Counted from the first letter of the stretch, positions 31,946 to 43,203 are shown. The stretch is 64,000 nucleotides of DNA from Arcobacteraceae bacterium (GCA_963662945.1 OY759974.1:1792001-1856000), one strand, 5' to 3'. Notes: a model not told the origin generated them from the sequence alone. Numbers and translations are program-made.

Positions 31946-33559
31946 TTATTTGTCCTGCTTTGTTTGAGTAGGTAATATTTTTTCAGAGATTTTTTTTCTC
32001 ATTGAAAGTGTTGGTTTGGATGCAATTAGTTCTATTTTAAATTTTGCAACAGATTCTTTATGTCCTATAATAATTAATACATCTGCCTCTTTGATTATAT
32101 ATTGATCAGGCTTTGGATTGAACTTGAATTTTTTATTATTTGAAGTTTCAACTATTCCAATAAGGGTGAGATTAAACTTTGTAAAATCAATATTTTCTAG
32201 TTTATGTCCAATGAAGTTAGATTTCTGAATAATCTCAACTTCATCCATAATAGCACCTTCACTATTTAATAAAATATCATCAATAGCTTCAAAGGCAATG
32301 GGTTGACCAATATATTCAGCTGCAACTAATGCACTGATTTCATTTGCAGATATAACTTCATTTGCACCAGCTAAAAAAAGTTTTTTCTTTACTTTTTCAC
32401 TATTTGCACGAGCTATTATGTTTATATTTGGATTTTGTGAACGAGCAGTAAGTATAATGGAGAGATTTACAGCATCATTATCAGTAATTGCAATAATACT
32501 ACTTGCTCCTTTATTAATACCTATATTTGATAAAAAAGTGGAGTCTGTTGCATCCCCTTTTATAGATAAAATATTTTGTGTATTTGCATGAGAAAAAACT
32601 TCATCTTTATAATCGATAATAATAAATTTTTGTTTTATTTTCAATAACTCTTCTGCAAGAACTTTTCCCATTCGTCCATAACCACAGATAATAACAAATT
32701 CTTTTAGGGCATTTGCTTCACCAATAACTTTTTCCTCTTTTAAAGCAAGCAGTCTTGCACTGAGTGCTGTGGTAACAATCGATGTAAAGAATGCAATAAC
32801 ACCAACACCACCTACAACTAAAAAGATAGTGGCAATTCTTCCTTCTGTAGTAACTGGACTAATATCTCCAAATCCAACTGTTGAAATAGTAATAACAGCC
32901 CAATAAACAGCATCAAAAAAGGTGTGAATGTTTTCATTAACACCGGCACCTTCATATATAAAAATAATAGTTGAACCAAAAGCAATAGCCATAAAAAACA
33001 TAATTGCAAGTGTAAAAAACTCAAACCGTTTCTCGATGAAAACATCACTAAATTGTTTAATAGAATTTGCATACCTAAGAAGCTTAAAAAGTCTAAATAG
33101 CATTAGAATTCTTAAAATTCTTAAAGGTCTGTAATAAGGTAAAATAGCAAGTAAGTCAATAATTGACATAGGAGAAAAGATAAATTTAATTTTATCTTTG
33201 ATAATGGTTTTTAGAGAATCATTGATATTGTATGTTTGATTGATTAATCGACTTTTTTCATAATCTTCTACAATTTGTTTATGAGCATGGGAGATTACCC
33301 ACAATCTTCCCAACCACTCAATAATAAAAATAATGATTGCAATCATTTCATAGGTACTCAGCCAAGGAAGAGCAACATGATTTACTTCATAAATCATTAT
33401 ACCAACAGTACTAAGTACTAAAAAAATCATCAAAAAATCAAAATATTTTTTCTTTTTTGAACCAGTGTCTTCTAAAAATTCATACGCAAAATGTTTTATT
33501 GCATAATATCTATGAGAACCTTCTAGAAAATAGGCGAATTTTAATAGTATGCTACCCAT
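31946..33559 (-). CDS. 6TM potassium channel with C-terminal RCK domains
   Basis: S4-like RPLRILRILMLFRLFKLLR, filter TISTVGFGD, ICGYGRMG Rossmann motif. Confidence 0.92.
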   Translation of the reverse strand: MGSILLKFAYFLEGSHRYYAIKHFAYEFLEDTGSKKKKYFDFLMIFLVLSTVGIMIYEVNHVALPWLSTYEMIAIIIFIIEWLGRLWVISHAHKQIVEDYEKSRLINQTYNINDSLKTIIKDKIKFIFSPMSIIDLLAILPYYRPLRILRILMLFRLFKLLRYANSIKQFSDVFIEKRFEFFTLAIMFFMAIAFGSTIIFIYEGAGVNENIHTFFDAVYWAVITISTVGFGDISPVTTEGRIATIFLVVGGVGVIAFFTSIVTTALSARLLALKEEKVIGEANALKEFVIICGYGRMGKVLAEELLKIKQKFIIIDYKDEVFSHANTQNILSIKGDATDSTFLSNIGINKGASSIIAITDNDAVNLSIILTARSQNPNINIIARANSEKVKKKLFLAGANEVISANEISALVAAEYIGQPIAFEAIDDILLNSEGAIMDEVEIIQKSNFIGHKLENIDFTKFNLTLIGIVETSNNKKFKFNPKPDQYIIKEADVLIIIGHKESVAKFKIELIASKPTLSMRKKISEKILPTQTKQDK

Positions 33560-33586
33560 ATAAACCTCGCCTATTAAATACTAAAA

Positions 33587-33730
33587 CTATTCAGTTGCTT
33601 CATGAATAGTACTTTTGGTTGCTTCCCATCCATCATTGGTGTCTTTTTTAATACCTTCCCACGTTGCACATCCAGTAGAAACCAAAGTAAATACGAATAG
33701 TAATAGAATCCCTAAAATTTTACTTTTCAT
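33587..33730 (-). CDS. Small entericidin-like lipoprotein, 47 aa, absent from the ORF track
   Basis: MKSKILGILLLFVFTLVSTGCATWEGIKKDTNDGWEATKSTIHEATE*; lipobox STGC; AGGAG RBS 5 nt upstream. Confidence 0.8.
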   Translation of the reverse strand: MKSKILGILLLFVFTLVSTGCATWEGIKKDTNDGWEATKSTIHEATE

Positions 33731-33740
33731 ACATTCTCCT

Positions 33741-35306
33741 TTATATTTGATGAGGATTTTCTTTATTTAACATATCTTTCATAGATAAATAACTATTTAA
33801 AGCTCCCACATAAGCTCTTGCACTTGCTATCATTGTATCTAAATTTAATCCATGTCCTATCATAGGTGGATTATCATCATTAAAGGTAACTTTACAAGTA
33901 ACTTTTGCTAATGCATCTTTCCCTTCGCTTACTGCTTTTACATTATAATCTACTAAAGTACCATTATATCCAGTTATTCTGTCAATTGTTTTAAAAATAG
34001 CATCCATAGCACCATCTCCAATTGCAGCTTCTGTTATTTCTTGATCTTTGTATTTGATACTTACAACTGCACTAGGAACACCTCTACTACAATCAGAGAT
34101 TTGAACAGCCGTAATTTCGTATATTTTGTTATGATTTAATTTTTCATCAGTAACAATCATTCGAACATCATCATCCATAATCTCTTTTTTCTTGTCACAT
34201 AATAATTTAAATCTTTCAAATGCTGTATTTAATTCATCATCAGGTAAGTCAGCAAAACCTAACTGTACTAATTTGTCTTTAAATGCAGCACGACCAGAGT
34301 GTTTTCCTAAAACTATAGAATTGTTTTTTTCAATACCTATATCTTCAGGCTTCATAATCTCATAAGTTTCTTGATGTTTTAAAACACCATCTTGATGGAT
34401 TCCACTTTCATGTGCAAAAGCATTTTTACCAACAATAGCTTTGTTTGGTTGCGGTTCAATACCTGTAATGTTTGCAACCATTTTTGAAGCTTGGTATATC
34501 TCTTTTGTATTGATATTTGTAGTAATACCAGGGAATAAATCTTGTCGTGTTTTTAATGTCATAACAATCTCTTCCATAGCAGCATTTCCAGCTCTCTCAC
34601 CTAAACCATTGATAGTACACTCAACTTGTCTTGCACCAGCTTCAATACCTGCTAAAGTATTTGCAACTCCTAATCCTAAATCATTGTGATTATGTAATGA
34701 TACAATAGCATTAGAACCAATTGAATCAATAAATCCAACCATTTGTTCTACCATAAATCTAATTTCTTGTGGTAATCTATATCCAACAGTATCTGGTAAA
34801 TTTATAGTAGTAGCTCCAGCCTCAATTACAGCTTGTGTAATTTCTTTCATAAAAGATAATTCACTTCTTCCTGCATCTTCCAATGAGAACTCAACATCTT
34901 CTACGAAAGTTCTTGCATATTGTACTGCATGAATTGCTCTTTTGATTACTTCATCTGGACTCATTTTTAATTTATATTGCATATGAATTGGACTCGTTGC
35001 AATAAAAGTGTGAATTCGTTTTGCATTTGCAGCTGCTATTGCTTCACCTGCTGCTTTAATGTCATTGTCAACAGCTCGTGCTAATGAACAGATTTTACTG
35101 TTTTTAATAGTTCTTGCTATTTGTGATATAGCATCAAAATCACCAGGACTTGCAGCTGCAAAACCAGCTTCTATTACATCGACCCGTAATTTTTCTAATT
35201 GTTGCGCTATTTGAATTTTTTCTGCTGTATTCATAGACGCACCAGGACTTTGTTCTCCATCTCTTAATGTTGTATCAAATATTATTATATTTTTGTTATT
35301 TGTCAT
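33741..35306 (-). CDS. leuA: 2-isopropylmalate synthase
   Basis: [42 protein letters not shown]-terminal regulatory domain. Confidence 0.96.
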   Translation of the reverse strand: MTNNKNIIIFDTTLRDGEQSPGASMNTAEKIQIAQQLEKLRVDVIEAGFAAASPGDFDAISQIARTIKNSKICSLARAVDNDIKAAGEAIAAANAKRIHTFIATSPIHMQYKLKMSPDEVIKRAIHAVQYARTFVEDVEFSLEDAGRSELSFMKEITQAVIEAGATTINLPDTVGYRLPQEIRFMVEQMVGFIDSIGSNAIVSLHNHNDLGLGVANTLAGIEAGARQVECTINGLGERAGNAAMEEIVMTLKTRQDLFPGITTNINTKEIYQASKMVANITGIEPQPNKAIVGKNAFAHESGIHQDGVLKHQETYEIMKPEDIGIEKNNSIVLGKHSGRAAFKDKLVQLGFADLPDDELNTAFERFKLLCDKKKEIMDDDVRMIVTDEKLNHNKIYEITAVQISDCSRGVPSAVVSIKYKDQEITEAAIGDGAMDAIFKTIDRITGYNGTLVDYNVKAVSEGKDALAKVTCKVTFNDDNPPMIGHGLNLDTMIASARAYVGALNSYLSMKDMLNKENPHQI

Positions 35307-35373
35307 TTTATAAACCTTGTTATATATTAAATTATTTTAAATTTTTCAATTTAGACTGTGGCTTGATTTTGAA

Positions 35374-35448
35374 TTATTTTGAGGTATGGAGAAGGAGTAG
35401 ATTGGTACTTTTAAATATGATATTTTTAGATATGTATGTAGCTTTCAT
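35374..35448 (-). CDS. Putative leu leader peptide MKATYISKNIIFKSTNLLLLHTSK
   Basis: AGGAGA RBS, ATG, four consecutive Leu codons CTA CTC CTT CTC, TAA 67 nt before the leuA start. Confidence 0.8.
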   Translation of the reverse strand: MKATYISKNIIFKSTNLLLLHTSK

Positions 35449-35570
35449 AATCTATCTCCTTTTTAGTGTAATTTATTTTTGTATATTGTACCAAATTTTA
35501 GTTACACTAAAACTTAAGTAAAAATAAGGTATCATATAATAGTATAAAATTCAATAAATAAAGAGAAAAG

Positions 35571-36869
35571 ATGACATTTAGACAGTTAGGGTTATGCAAA
35601 GAAATATCACAAGCCACTGAAGATTTAGGATATTCAAATCCAACCAAAATACAAGAAGAAGCAATAGAATATCTTTTACGGAAAAGAGACCTATTAGCTA
35701 TTGCTCAAACAGGTACTGGTAAAACAGCTGCATTTGTCTTACCGATGCTACAAACTATCAAAGAGTATCAAGATAAAAATGACAATAATAGAATATTATC
35801 AAAACTGATTATCGCCCCAACAAGAGAGTTAGCACTCCAATTAGAAAAAAGTATTAATAATTATGCAAAATATTTGGATATAAAAACAAGTTGTATTTTT
35901 GGTGGAGCAAATATAAAACCACAAATAAAAAAACTTGATGAAAAAGTTGATATAGTGATTGCTACAACTGGTCGATTAATGGATTTAATAGAAAAAGATA
36001 AAATCAATCTTACAAAAGTTGATACTTTAGTACTTGATGAAGCAGATACAATGCTAGATATGGGATTTGTATCGGATATTGAAAAAATTATACTCTCTTT
36101 AACAAATTTAGAACAAACAATTTTATGCTCAGCAACTTTAGGACCAAATGTAAAAAAATTATCAAATACATTATTGAAAAATCCTAAAATAATAGAAGTA
36201 AAATCAACTGATAGAGTGAATGAGCGAGTAGAACAAGTAGCATATCCTGTAACAGCTGATAAAAAGTTAGAGATGCTTTCATTTTTAATTGGAAGTCAAA
36301 ATATGCAACAAGTGCTTGTATTTTGTAAAACAAAAGCAAGTGCTGAAGAGATAGTAAATAACTTAAAACTAGATGGTTTAAAGGCAGCTTCTGTACATGG
36401 AGATAAAACTCATGGAGCAAGAGCAAAAGCAATTACACAATTTAAAGAAACTGAGATAAAAGTTTTAGTAGCAACCGATGTTGCTGCACGAGGTCTTGAT
36501 ATTGTAGATTTATATTATGTAATAAATTTTGATTTACCTTTTATGCCTATAGATTATGTCCATAGAATAGGGCGAACAGCACGTGCAGGAAAACACGGTA
36601 TTGCGATTTCTTTACTAGATGAATTTGATATGGCAGCAATTAGAGAAGTGGAAAAATATGTTGGGCAAAAGATTCCAAAATTAGAACTTGAAGGGTTTGA
36701 TGTTGGTAAAAGAATTAAAATGATTGCCACAAAAAAAATTGTTGAAACAAAGGAAGATATCAAAAGAAAAAAAATAGGTGGTGCTTTTGGAAATAAAAAA
36801 CATAAAAAAGCAAATAAAAGCCAACCAAAGCAACGTGGAAAGAGAATTATCGGACAAAAAAAACAATAA
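35571..36869 (+). CDS. DEAD-box RNA helicase (RhlE-like)
   Basis: AQTGTGKT, PTRELA, LDEAD, SAT, HRIGRTAR; basic tail. Confidence 0.95.
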   Translation: MTFRQLGLCKEISQATEDLGYSNPTKIQEEAIEYLLRKRDLLAIAQTGTGKTAAFVLPMLQTIKEYQDKNDNNRILSKLIIAPTRELALQLEKSINNYAKYLDIKTSCIFGGANIKPQIKKLDEKVDIVIATTGRLMDLIEKDKINLTKVDTLVLDEADTMLDMGFVSDIEKIILSLTNLEQTILCSATLGPNVKKLSNTLLKNPKIIEVKSTDRVNERVEQVAYPVTADKKLEMLSFLIGSQNMQQVLVFCKTKASAEEIVNNLKLDGLKAASVHGDKTHGARAKAITQFKETEIKVLVATDVAARGLDIVDLYYVINFDLPFMPIDYVHRIGRTARAGKHGIAISLLDEFDMAAIREVEKYVGQKIPKLELEGFDVGKRIKMIATKKIVETKEDIKRKKIGGAFGNKKHKKANKSQPKQRGKRIIGQKKQ

Positions 36870-36905
36870 TTTTTATATAAATTTATTTTAGGAGGATAGT
36901 GAGGA

Positions 36906-37319
36906 ATGCCTAAACTGCAAAAGTTGTTTTTTATTATTGGTTTTATAATTATTTTATCTGGGTGTACTCAACAATATAGTATATTCAATATGGAAAATGA
37001 CAAAGAAACTCTTACTCAAAAACAAAAAAATTGTAATCAACATATAAAAATTATGCAGTATGCATTGTCTTATGTTACAAACGAATTTGAGAAGGGATAT
37101 TTTCATAAAAATGATTTAATAGGTGCTAAAGCACAACTATTTTTAATTGAAAATAATTCACCAAATATATTTGCTAAGAATATCAATGAGGCACAAAAAT
37201 CATACGATATGGAATATAATTTAGCAAAAAAAAACAATTGTAACATAGACGAATTTACAGTATCTCCGATTCAAAAAGTTAAAGATAAACTAAAAACTTT
37301 ATCAGAAGGTCAAAAATGA
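36906..37319 (+). CDS. Hypothetical lipoprotein
   Basis: Lipobox LSGC; strong RBS; first gene of an operon with the two-component system. Confidence 0.7.
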   Translation: MPKLQKLFFIIGFIIILSGCTQQYSIFNMENDKETLTQKQKNCNQHIKIMQYALSYVTNEFEKGYFHKNDLIGAKAQLFLIENNSPNIFAKNINEAQKSYDMEYNLAKKNNCNIDEFTVSPIQKVKDKLKTLSEGQK

Positions 37320-37573
37320 TAGTTAATAAACCGGGAATAGTTTTATTCTTTTTATTGACAATACCTCTTTTTGCTAAAGATATTCAAGTAGATAACTTAT
37401 TAGAAAAAGTTCAACATGCCAAGACAGCAGAGGAAAAACAATCTCTTATTGAACAATTAAAACAAAAATTAGCACAAGACAATAAAAAAGCGAGAGAAGA
37501 AGCAAATGCTATTATTGAAGCAAAGAAAAAACTTCCTTCTCGAAATTATAATGATAGTTCTTTAAAAAAATGA
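37316..37573 (+). CDS. Small secreted helical protein, apparent distant paralogue of 39278-39508 and 39695-39925
   Basis: Signal peptide ending LFA; ATGA overlap with the upstream gene. Confidence 0.65.
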   Translation: MIVNKPGIVLFFLLTIPLFAKDIQVDNLLEKVQHAKTAEEKQSLIEQLKQKLAQDNKKAREEANAIIEAKKKLPSRNYNDSSLKK

Positions 37574-38202
37574 AAATACTACTTTTAGAAGATGATGCTA
37601 TTTTAGCACAAACAATGGTTCAAATTTTGGAACAAGAAAATTATGATGTAACATTGGTAGAAGATGGAGAAGAGGTACTTGAAGCCACATATGAAAATAA
37701 ATTTGATCTTTATTTGTTTGATATCAATGTTCCAATACTCGATGGGAAGGAGACTCTAAAAGCTTTAAGAGATGCTGATGATAATACACCAACTTTTTTT
37801 ATAACAGCATTAAGAGATACTGCTTCAATTTTAGAAGGATTTGATTGTGGTTGTAATGATTATATTAAAAAACCATTTGATTTAGATGAACTTTTGGCTC
37901 GTATCAAAGCAATCTTAAAAAGACAAAATCCAATAATTAAATACAATGATATCACCTTTGATTTATTTGAAAATAGAGTAATCAAAGCAGGCAAAGAGGT
38001 TTCATTAGGGATTGTGGAAAAAGAGATTTTTTCACTACTTGTAAAAAATATCAATATTACAGTCAATAAATCAACATTTTTTGAATATATGAATAAACCA
38101 AGTGATACTGCACTACGAGTATTAATTAGTAAATTAAAAAAGGTTTTAGAACTTAATATAACTAACACAAAAGGTATAGGATATAAGCTTGAAACATTAT
38201 GA
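37570..38202 (+). CDS. OmpR-family response regulator
   Basis: LLLEDD, LFDINVP, YIKKPFD, winged helix LRVLISKLKK...KGIGY. Confidence 0.93.
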   Translation: MKILLLEDDAILAQTMVQILEQENYDVTLVEDGEEVLEATYENKFDLYLFDINVPILDGKETLKALRDADDNTPTFFITALRDTASILEGFDCGCNDYIKKPFDLDELLARIKAILKRQNPIIKYNDITFDLFENRVIKAGKEVSLGIVEKEIFSLLVKNINITVNKSTFFEYMNKPSDTALRVLISKLKKVLELNITNTKGIGYKLETL

Positions 38203-39223
38203 AAAAAAATCTTTTTTTACAGCATTATTTCTCTTTTTTATCCCACTTTTTCTCCTTTCTAGCATTGTTTTATATATGTATCATGAAGAGAGTGTTAAAG
38301 ATATAGAACAAAGAATTCTTTATCAAATGAAAGAGTATACATACGATTTTCAAGGAGATGATTTTTCTCTTGATATTGTAGAAGATGATAAGAAAAAAGA
38401 GATTTTTAAAATATATCATAGTGAAGATGGACTTTGTGCTTATTTTCAAATACCTTCAAAAGGACCTTATCTTTTAAAAGTAATTTTTGATAATGCAAAA
38501 TATGAAAAGCTTTATAATCAATTTATAAAAAAACTTTTTAAATTAGCTATTATTATTTTCTTTTTATTATTTTTTCTCTCTATTGGATTTGCGTTTTATT
38601 CCTTAAGACCAATGAGACAAGCACTTCATCTTTTAGAAGATTTTCTCAAAGATTTAATTCATGATTTAAATACTCCAGCAACTTCAATTTTACTAAATTC
38701 AAAGCTGTTAAGAAGGCGTGGAGATTTTGAGGAGATAGAGAGAATAGAACTTAGTGCTAAAGGGATTGCCTCTTTATATAAAAATTTAGAATTTATGAAT
38801 CCTAATGATATAGTAAATGATGAGGTCGTTGTATTGGATGAGTTAATAAATGAAAAAATAAATATTCTACAAAAAATTTATCCAAATATAAAATTTACAA
38901 AGAGTATAACTAGTACTATTGTAAAAAGTAATAGAAGTGGAGTGGATCGTATTATAGATAATTTGTTGACAAATGCTTGTAAGTATAATAAAAAAAATGG
39001 ACAAGTGCATATAGAGATACAAAATCAAAAACTGATAATAGAAGATACAGGTGTAGGGATAAAAAATACTACAAAAGTTTTTAAACGATATTACAAAGAA
39101 AGCACCAATGGTTTGGGTATTGGTATGAATATTGTTAAACAATTAAGTGATATTTTAAATATATCTATTGATATAAAAAGTGTTGTTGGTAAAGGAACTT
39201 GTGTAGAACTTACTTTTAAATAA
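38189..39223 (+). CDS. Sensor histidine kinase
   Basis: Two TM helices, H-box LIHDLNTP, NLLTNACKY, EDTGVGI, GLGIGM. Confidence 0.92.
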   Translation: MKHYEKKSFFTALFLFFIPLFLLSSIVLYMYHEESVKDIEQRILYQMKEYTYDFQGDDFSLDIVEDDKKKEIFKIYHSEDGLCAYFQIPSKGPYLLKVIFDNAKYEKLYNQFIKKLFKLAIIIFFLLFFLSIGFAFYSLRPMRQALHLLEDFLKDLIHDLNTPATSILLNSKLLRRRGDFEEIERIELSAKGIASLYKNLEFMNPNDIVNDEVVVLDELINEKINILQKIYPNIKFTKSITSTIVKSNRSGVDRIIDNLLTNACKYNKKNGQVHIEIQNQKLIIEDTGVGIKNTTKVFKRYYKESTNGLGIGMNIVKQLSDILNISIDIKSVVGKGTCVELTFK

Positions 39224-39225
39224 AA

Positions 39226-39263
39226 TGTAAAATATTTTATAATATACCATAAAATATTTTACA
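39226..39263. terminator. AT-rich hairpin between convergent genes (copy 1)
   Basis: TGTAAAATATTTTAT-8 nt-ATAAAATATTTTACA perfect 15-bp inverted repeat. Confidence 0.55.
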
Positions 39264-39277
39264 ATAATTATGAGCTA

Positions 39278-39508
39278 TTAATCTGATTTTGTTAATTTTT
39301 CTCTAATAATTGCTTGCGCTGTAATACGATCTTCTTTCTCTACTTTAGCACATTCTCTTTCAAGTTCATCTATTAATTTATCTTGAACTTTATGATTCTT
39401 AGTATTGTTAATTTTATCTACTAACATACTAATTTGTTTTACTTCTGTTGAAAACAAGCTAGTTGCTCCAATAATTGCAAAAATTGCGATGTATTTAGTT
39501 ATCTTCAT
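39278..39508 (-). CDS. Small secreted protein, tandem paralogue A
   Basis: Signal peptide (KYIAIFAIIGATSLFS), AAGGA RBS, similar to 39695-39925. Confidence 0.8.
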   Translation of the reverse strand: MKITKYIAIFAIIGATSLFSTEVKQISMLVDKINNTKNHKVQDKLIDELERECAKVEKEDRITAQAIIREKLTKSD

Positions 39509-39535
39509 TGTTTTTTCCTTTTTTTTGATGTAAGA

Positions 39536-39570
39536 AAGTATAACAAGGAAGTGTAAGTTAAGTGTTAGTT
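39536..39570 (-). promoter_or_regulatory. Duplicated promoter copy 1: direct repeat AACT(A/T)ACAC plus extended -10 TGTTATACT
   Basis: 34/35 identical to 39955-39989; 11-bp-period direct repeat upstream of TATACT. Confidence 0.7.
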
Positions 39571-39612
39571 GAAAAAATATCCGTGTAGAATTTACTTTTG
39601 CATGTTATAGTT

Positions 39613-39648
39613 GTAAAATATTTTATCTATTATGATAAAATATTTTAC
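39613..39648. terminator. AT-rich hairpin downstream of paralogue B (copy 2)
   Basis: GTAAAATATTTTATC-6 nt-GATAAAATATTTTAC; arms match copy 1. Confidence 0.55.
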
Positions 39649-39694
39649 TAAAATTATTAAATTAAATTTGTAAATGTATAGAGTTATATAGTTT

Positions 39695-39925
39695 TTAGTG
39701 AGATGATTTTAATTTTTCATCAACGATAGCTTGTGCTTTAGTAAGATCTTTTTTATCTAGCATTTCAAGTTCTTTTTCTAGTGTATCCATCAAGTTCTTT
39801 TTAGCTTTTACGTCACTTGTATTGTTGATCTGATCTACCAAAATACTAATTTGTTTGACTTCTGCTGCAAATAAACTTGTTGCACCAATAATGGCTAAAA
39901 TTGCTATATATTTACTTAAGTTCAT
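39695..39925 (-). CDS. Small secreted protein, tandem paralogue B
   Basis: Signal peptide (KYIAILAIIGATSLFA), AGGAGG RBS. Confidence 0.8.
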   Translation of the reverse strand: MNLSKYIAILAIIGATSLFAAEVKQISILVDQINNTSDVKAKKNLMDTLEKELEMLDKKDLTKAQAIVDEKLKSSH

Positions 39926-39954
39926 TGTTTCCTCCTTTCTTGTAAGATGTATGG

Positions 39955-39989
39955 AAGTATAACAAGGAAGTGTAAGTTAAGTGTAAGTT
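39955..39989 (-). promoter_or_regulatory. Duplicated promoter copy 2: AACTTACAC-TT-AACTTACAC plus TGTTATACT
   Basis: Perfect 9-bp direct repeat upstream of an extended -10. Confidence 0.7.
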
Positions 39990-40027
39990 TAAAACAGAAC
40001 AATTAATATTGATTCAGTTTTACTTAA

Positions 40028-40795
<768 letters not shown>

Positions 40796-40807
40796 GAAGG
40801 AAATAAA

Positions 40808-41017
40808 ATGAGATTAGAAGAGATATTAGCACAAGCGTTAGAAAGAGTAAATAATGATAGATATGTACTAGCAGTTGCTGTTGGTCAAAGAGCTGATGAA
40901 TTAAGTAAAGGTGCAAAACCTTTAATTGATAGTAATCAAACTAAAAACATGAAATACACTGATATTGCAATTAAAGAGATTGCTTCAGGTGTATTAGTAA
41001 TAGATGGTTTAGAATAA
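40808..41017 (+). CDS. rpoZ: RNA polymerase omega subunit
   Basis: DRYVLAVAVGQRA...IAIKEIASG; pyrH-rpoZ-spoT order. Confidence 0.92.
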   Translation: MRLEEILAQALERVNNDRYVLAVAVGQRADELSKGAKPLIDSNQTKNMKYTDIAIKEIASGVLVIDGLE

Positions 41018-41043
41018 GACTTATTTTTATAATTTGAATTGCA

Positions 41044-43203
41044 TTGAATAAGTTTTTAAATAGTATAAAACATACAAAAACAATTGAGGGTGCATTAAAG
41101 TTACTTAAAACACATTTTAAGTTAACTTCTGATGTTGAAAAAGCCCTCGACTTTTCAATTAATGCACACCAAAATCAGTTTAGAAAAAGTGGTGAAGAGT
41201 ATGTAGTGCATCCTATATTAGTAGCTGTTATTACAGCATACTATAGTAATGATGAACATATGGTAATGGCTGCATTATTACATGATGTAGTAGAAGATAC
41301 ACCAACTACGCTTCCCATTATAGAAAAAGAATTTGGTAAAGATGTCGCTCATATTGTTGATGGGTTGACAAAAATCACAGAGATTAGAGAGCATGAACTT
41401 GCACCTGCTACAGATAATGCAAAACTTATAACTTCTGCACTTACATTTAGAAAAATGCTTGTAGCTGCTATAGATGATGTAAGGGTAATGGTTGTAAAGT
41501 TATGCGATAGACTTCATAATATGCTTACACTTGAAGCATTAACAGCAGAAAAACAAAAAAGAATATCTGAAGAAACATTAGTTGTATATGCACCAATTGC
41601 ACATAGACTTGGTATCTCTACAATTAAAAATGTTTTAGAAGATTTAGCTTTCTTTTACTTGTATCCAGAAGAATATGAAAAAATTGATACACATATGAAA
41701 GAGTATCAACAAAAGGTACAATTAACAATTAATAACTTTTTATCAAAAACAAAAAATGTATTAGATAAAAATGGATTTACAGATAATATAAAAATATTTA
41801 GTAGAATTAAACATTATTATTCAATTTTTTTAAAAATACAAAGAAAAGGGGTAAGTATAGATGAAGTACTTGACCTTTATGCAATAAGAATTTTAGTACA
41901 AGAACCAATTGATTGTTATAATATTTTAGGAATTATTCATATCAATTTTAAACCATTAGTTTCTCGATTTAAAGATTACGTTTCAGTTCCAAAAGAAAAT
42001 GGATATCAAACGATTCATACAACAGTATTTTCAGATTCAAAAATATTTGAGGTACAAATTCGCACCTTTGATATGCATGATATTGCAGAGTATGGAGTTG
42101 CTGCACACTGGAAATATAAAAGTGGAACAGTAGCTAGTTCAAATGTTAAAGGACCAAATCTTGATTGGTTACATTCTCTTGCTGCTAATGATGCAAGTGT
42201 AGAAGAATTTTATAATGATGCCAAACAAGATTTATATAGTGAAGATATAATAGTGTATTCACCAAAAGGTGATATTTTTATGCTTCCTCGTGGTTCAACT
42301 GCCTTTGATTTTGCATATGCTATTCATACCGATGTTGGTAATTATGCAATGGAATCTATGATAAATAAAGTTAAAAAACCATTATTAACACAACTAAGAA
42401 GTGGAGATATTGTTTCAATTATTACAAATAATCATATAATTCCTCGATGTACTTGGCAAGATATGGTACAAACTACAAAAGCCAAAAAATCAATTAAAAC
42501 ACTATGCCATAATAGATTAAAACACATAGATGATTTAAGTAGTAGAAATATTATAAATACAATTTTTTCAAGGTATAAAGAGTTTATTTTAGATGAATTA
42601 ACTGATTTAAAATTAACAAATCTCAATAAAATAGTTTACAATCTTGATCATTTAAAACATACAAAGCGAACAATACAAAAATATGTACGTGCAACTGAAG
42701 GGATTTTTGCAAGATTTAAAGTGCAAGGGTTGAGTTTAAAAAAAATCCAATTTGACAATGTTTTGATATATTCAAATTTTAGCATAAATACTGTATCATT
42801 TGACCACTGTTGTCATCCAAAATTTGGTGATGATATTGTAGCTTTGAAAGATCATAAAGATGTGACTATACATCATAAACTATGTGAAAAAGCATACAAG
42901 AAAATGAAAAAAAATAATCAAATGTTGTATTGTGATTGGGTAAAAGATAAATACTATAAATATAAAATGGTTGTTAGCTTTGCAAATATGCGAGGTGAAT
43001 TAGCAAAATTTTTAACATATTTATCTGTAGAACATGAAGCTACGATTTTACTTGTAGATTATGGGAGAGATAAATATGCATCGAATCAGTATTGTACAAT
43101 AGATTTTGAAATAAAAAATGATAATAAAGATCAAGTTAGAGCTTTATGTGAACAAAAAGTAAAAATTATAGAATTTTATTTAACTTTAGATGCTTATAAA
43201 TAG
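41044..43203 (+). CDS. spoT: Bifunctional (p)ppGpp synthetase/hydrolase
   Basis: [38 protein letters not shown] domain. Confidence 0.95.
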   Translation: MNKFLNSIKHTKTIEGALKLLKTHFKLTSDVEKALDFSINAHQNQFRKSGEEYVVHPILVAVITAYYSNDEHMVMAALLHDVVEDTPTTLPIIEKEFGKDVAHIVDGLTKITEIREHELAPATDNAKLITSALTFRKMLVAAIDDVRVMVVKLCDRLHNMLTLEALTAEKQKRISEETLVVYAPIAHRLGISTIKNVLEDLAFFYLYPEEYEKIDTHMKEYQQKVQLTINNFLSKTKNVLDKNGFTDNIKIFSRIKHYYSIFLKIQRKGVSIDEVLDLYAIRILVQEPIDCYNILGIIHINFKPLVSRFKDYVSVPKENGYQTIHTTVFSDSKIFEVQIRTFDMHDIAEYGVAAHWKYKSGTVASSNVKGPNLDWLHSLAANDASVEEFYNDAKQDLYSEDIIVYSPKGDIFMLPRGSTAFDFAYAIHTDVGNYAMESMINKVKKPLLTQLRSGDIVSIITNNHIIPRCTWQDMVQTTKAKKSIKTLCHNRLKHIDDLSSRNIINTIFSRYKEFILDELTDLKLTNLNKIVYNLDHLKHTKRTIQKYVRATEGIFARFKVQGLSLKKIQFDNVLIYSNFSINTVSFDHCCHPKFGDDIVALKDHKDVTIHHKLCEKAYKKMKKNNQMLYCDWVKDKYYKYKMVVSFANMRGELAKFLTYLSVEHEATILLVDYGRDKYASNQYCTIDFEIKNDNKDQVRALCEQKVKIIEFYLTLDAYK

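Noticed and set aside
35267-35521. 84-aa plus-strand ORF in the track
   Set aside because: Antisense to the leuA start and leader peptide, no RBS, no recognisable protein features
39226-39989. Repeats considered as a CRISPR array or MITE
   Set aside because: Only two copies about 400 bp apart, explained by gene-cassette duplication; no cas or transposase genes
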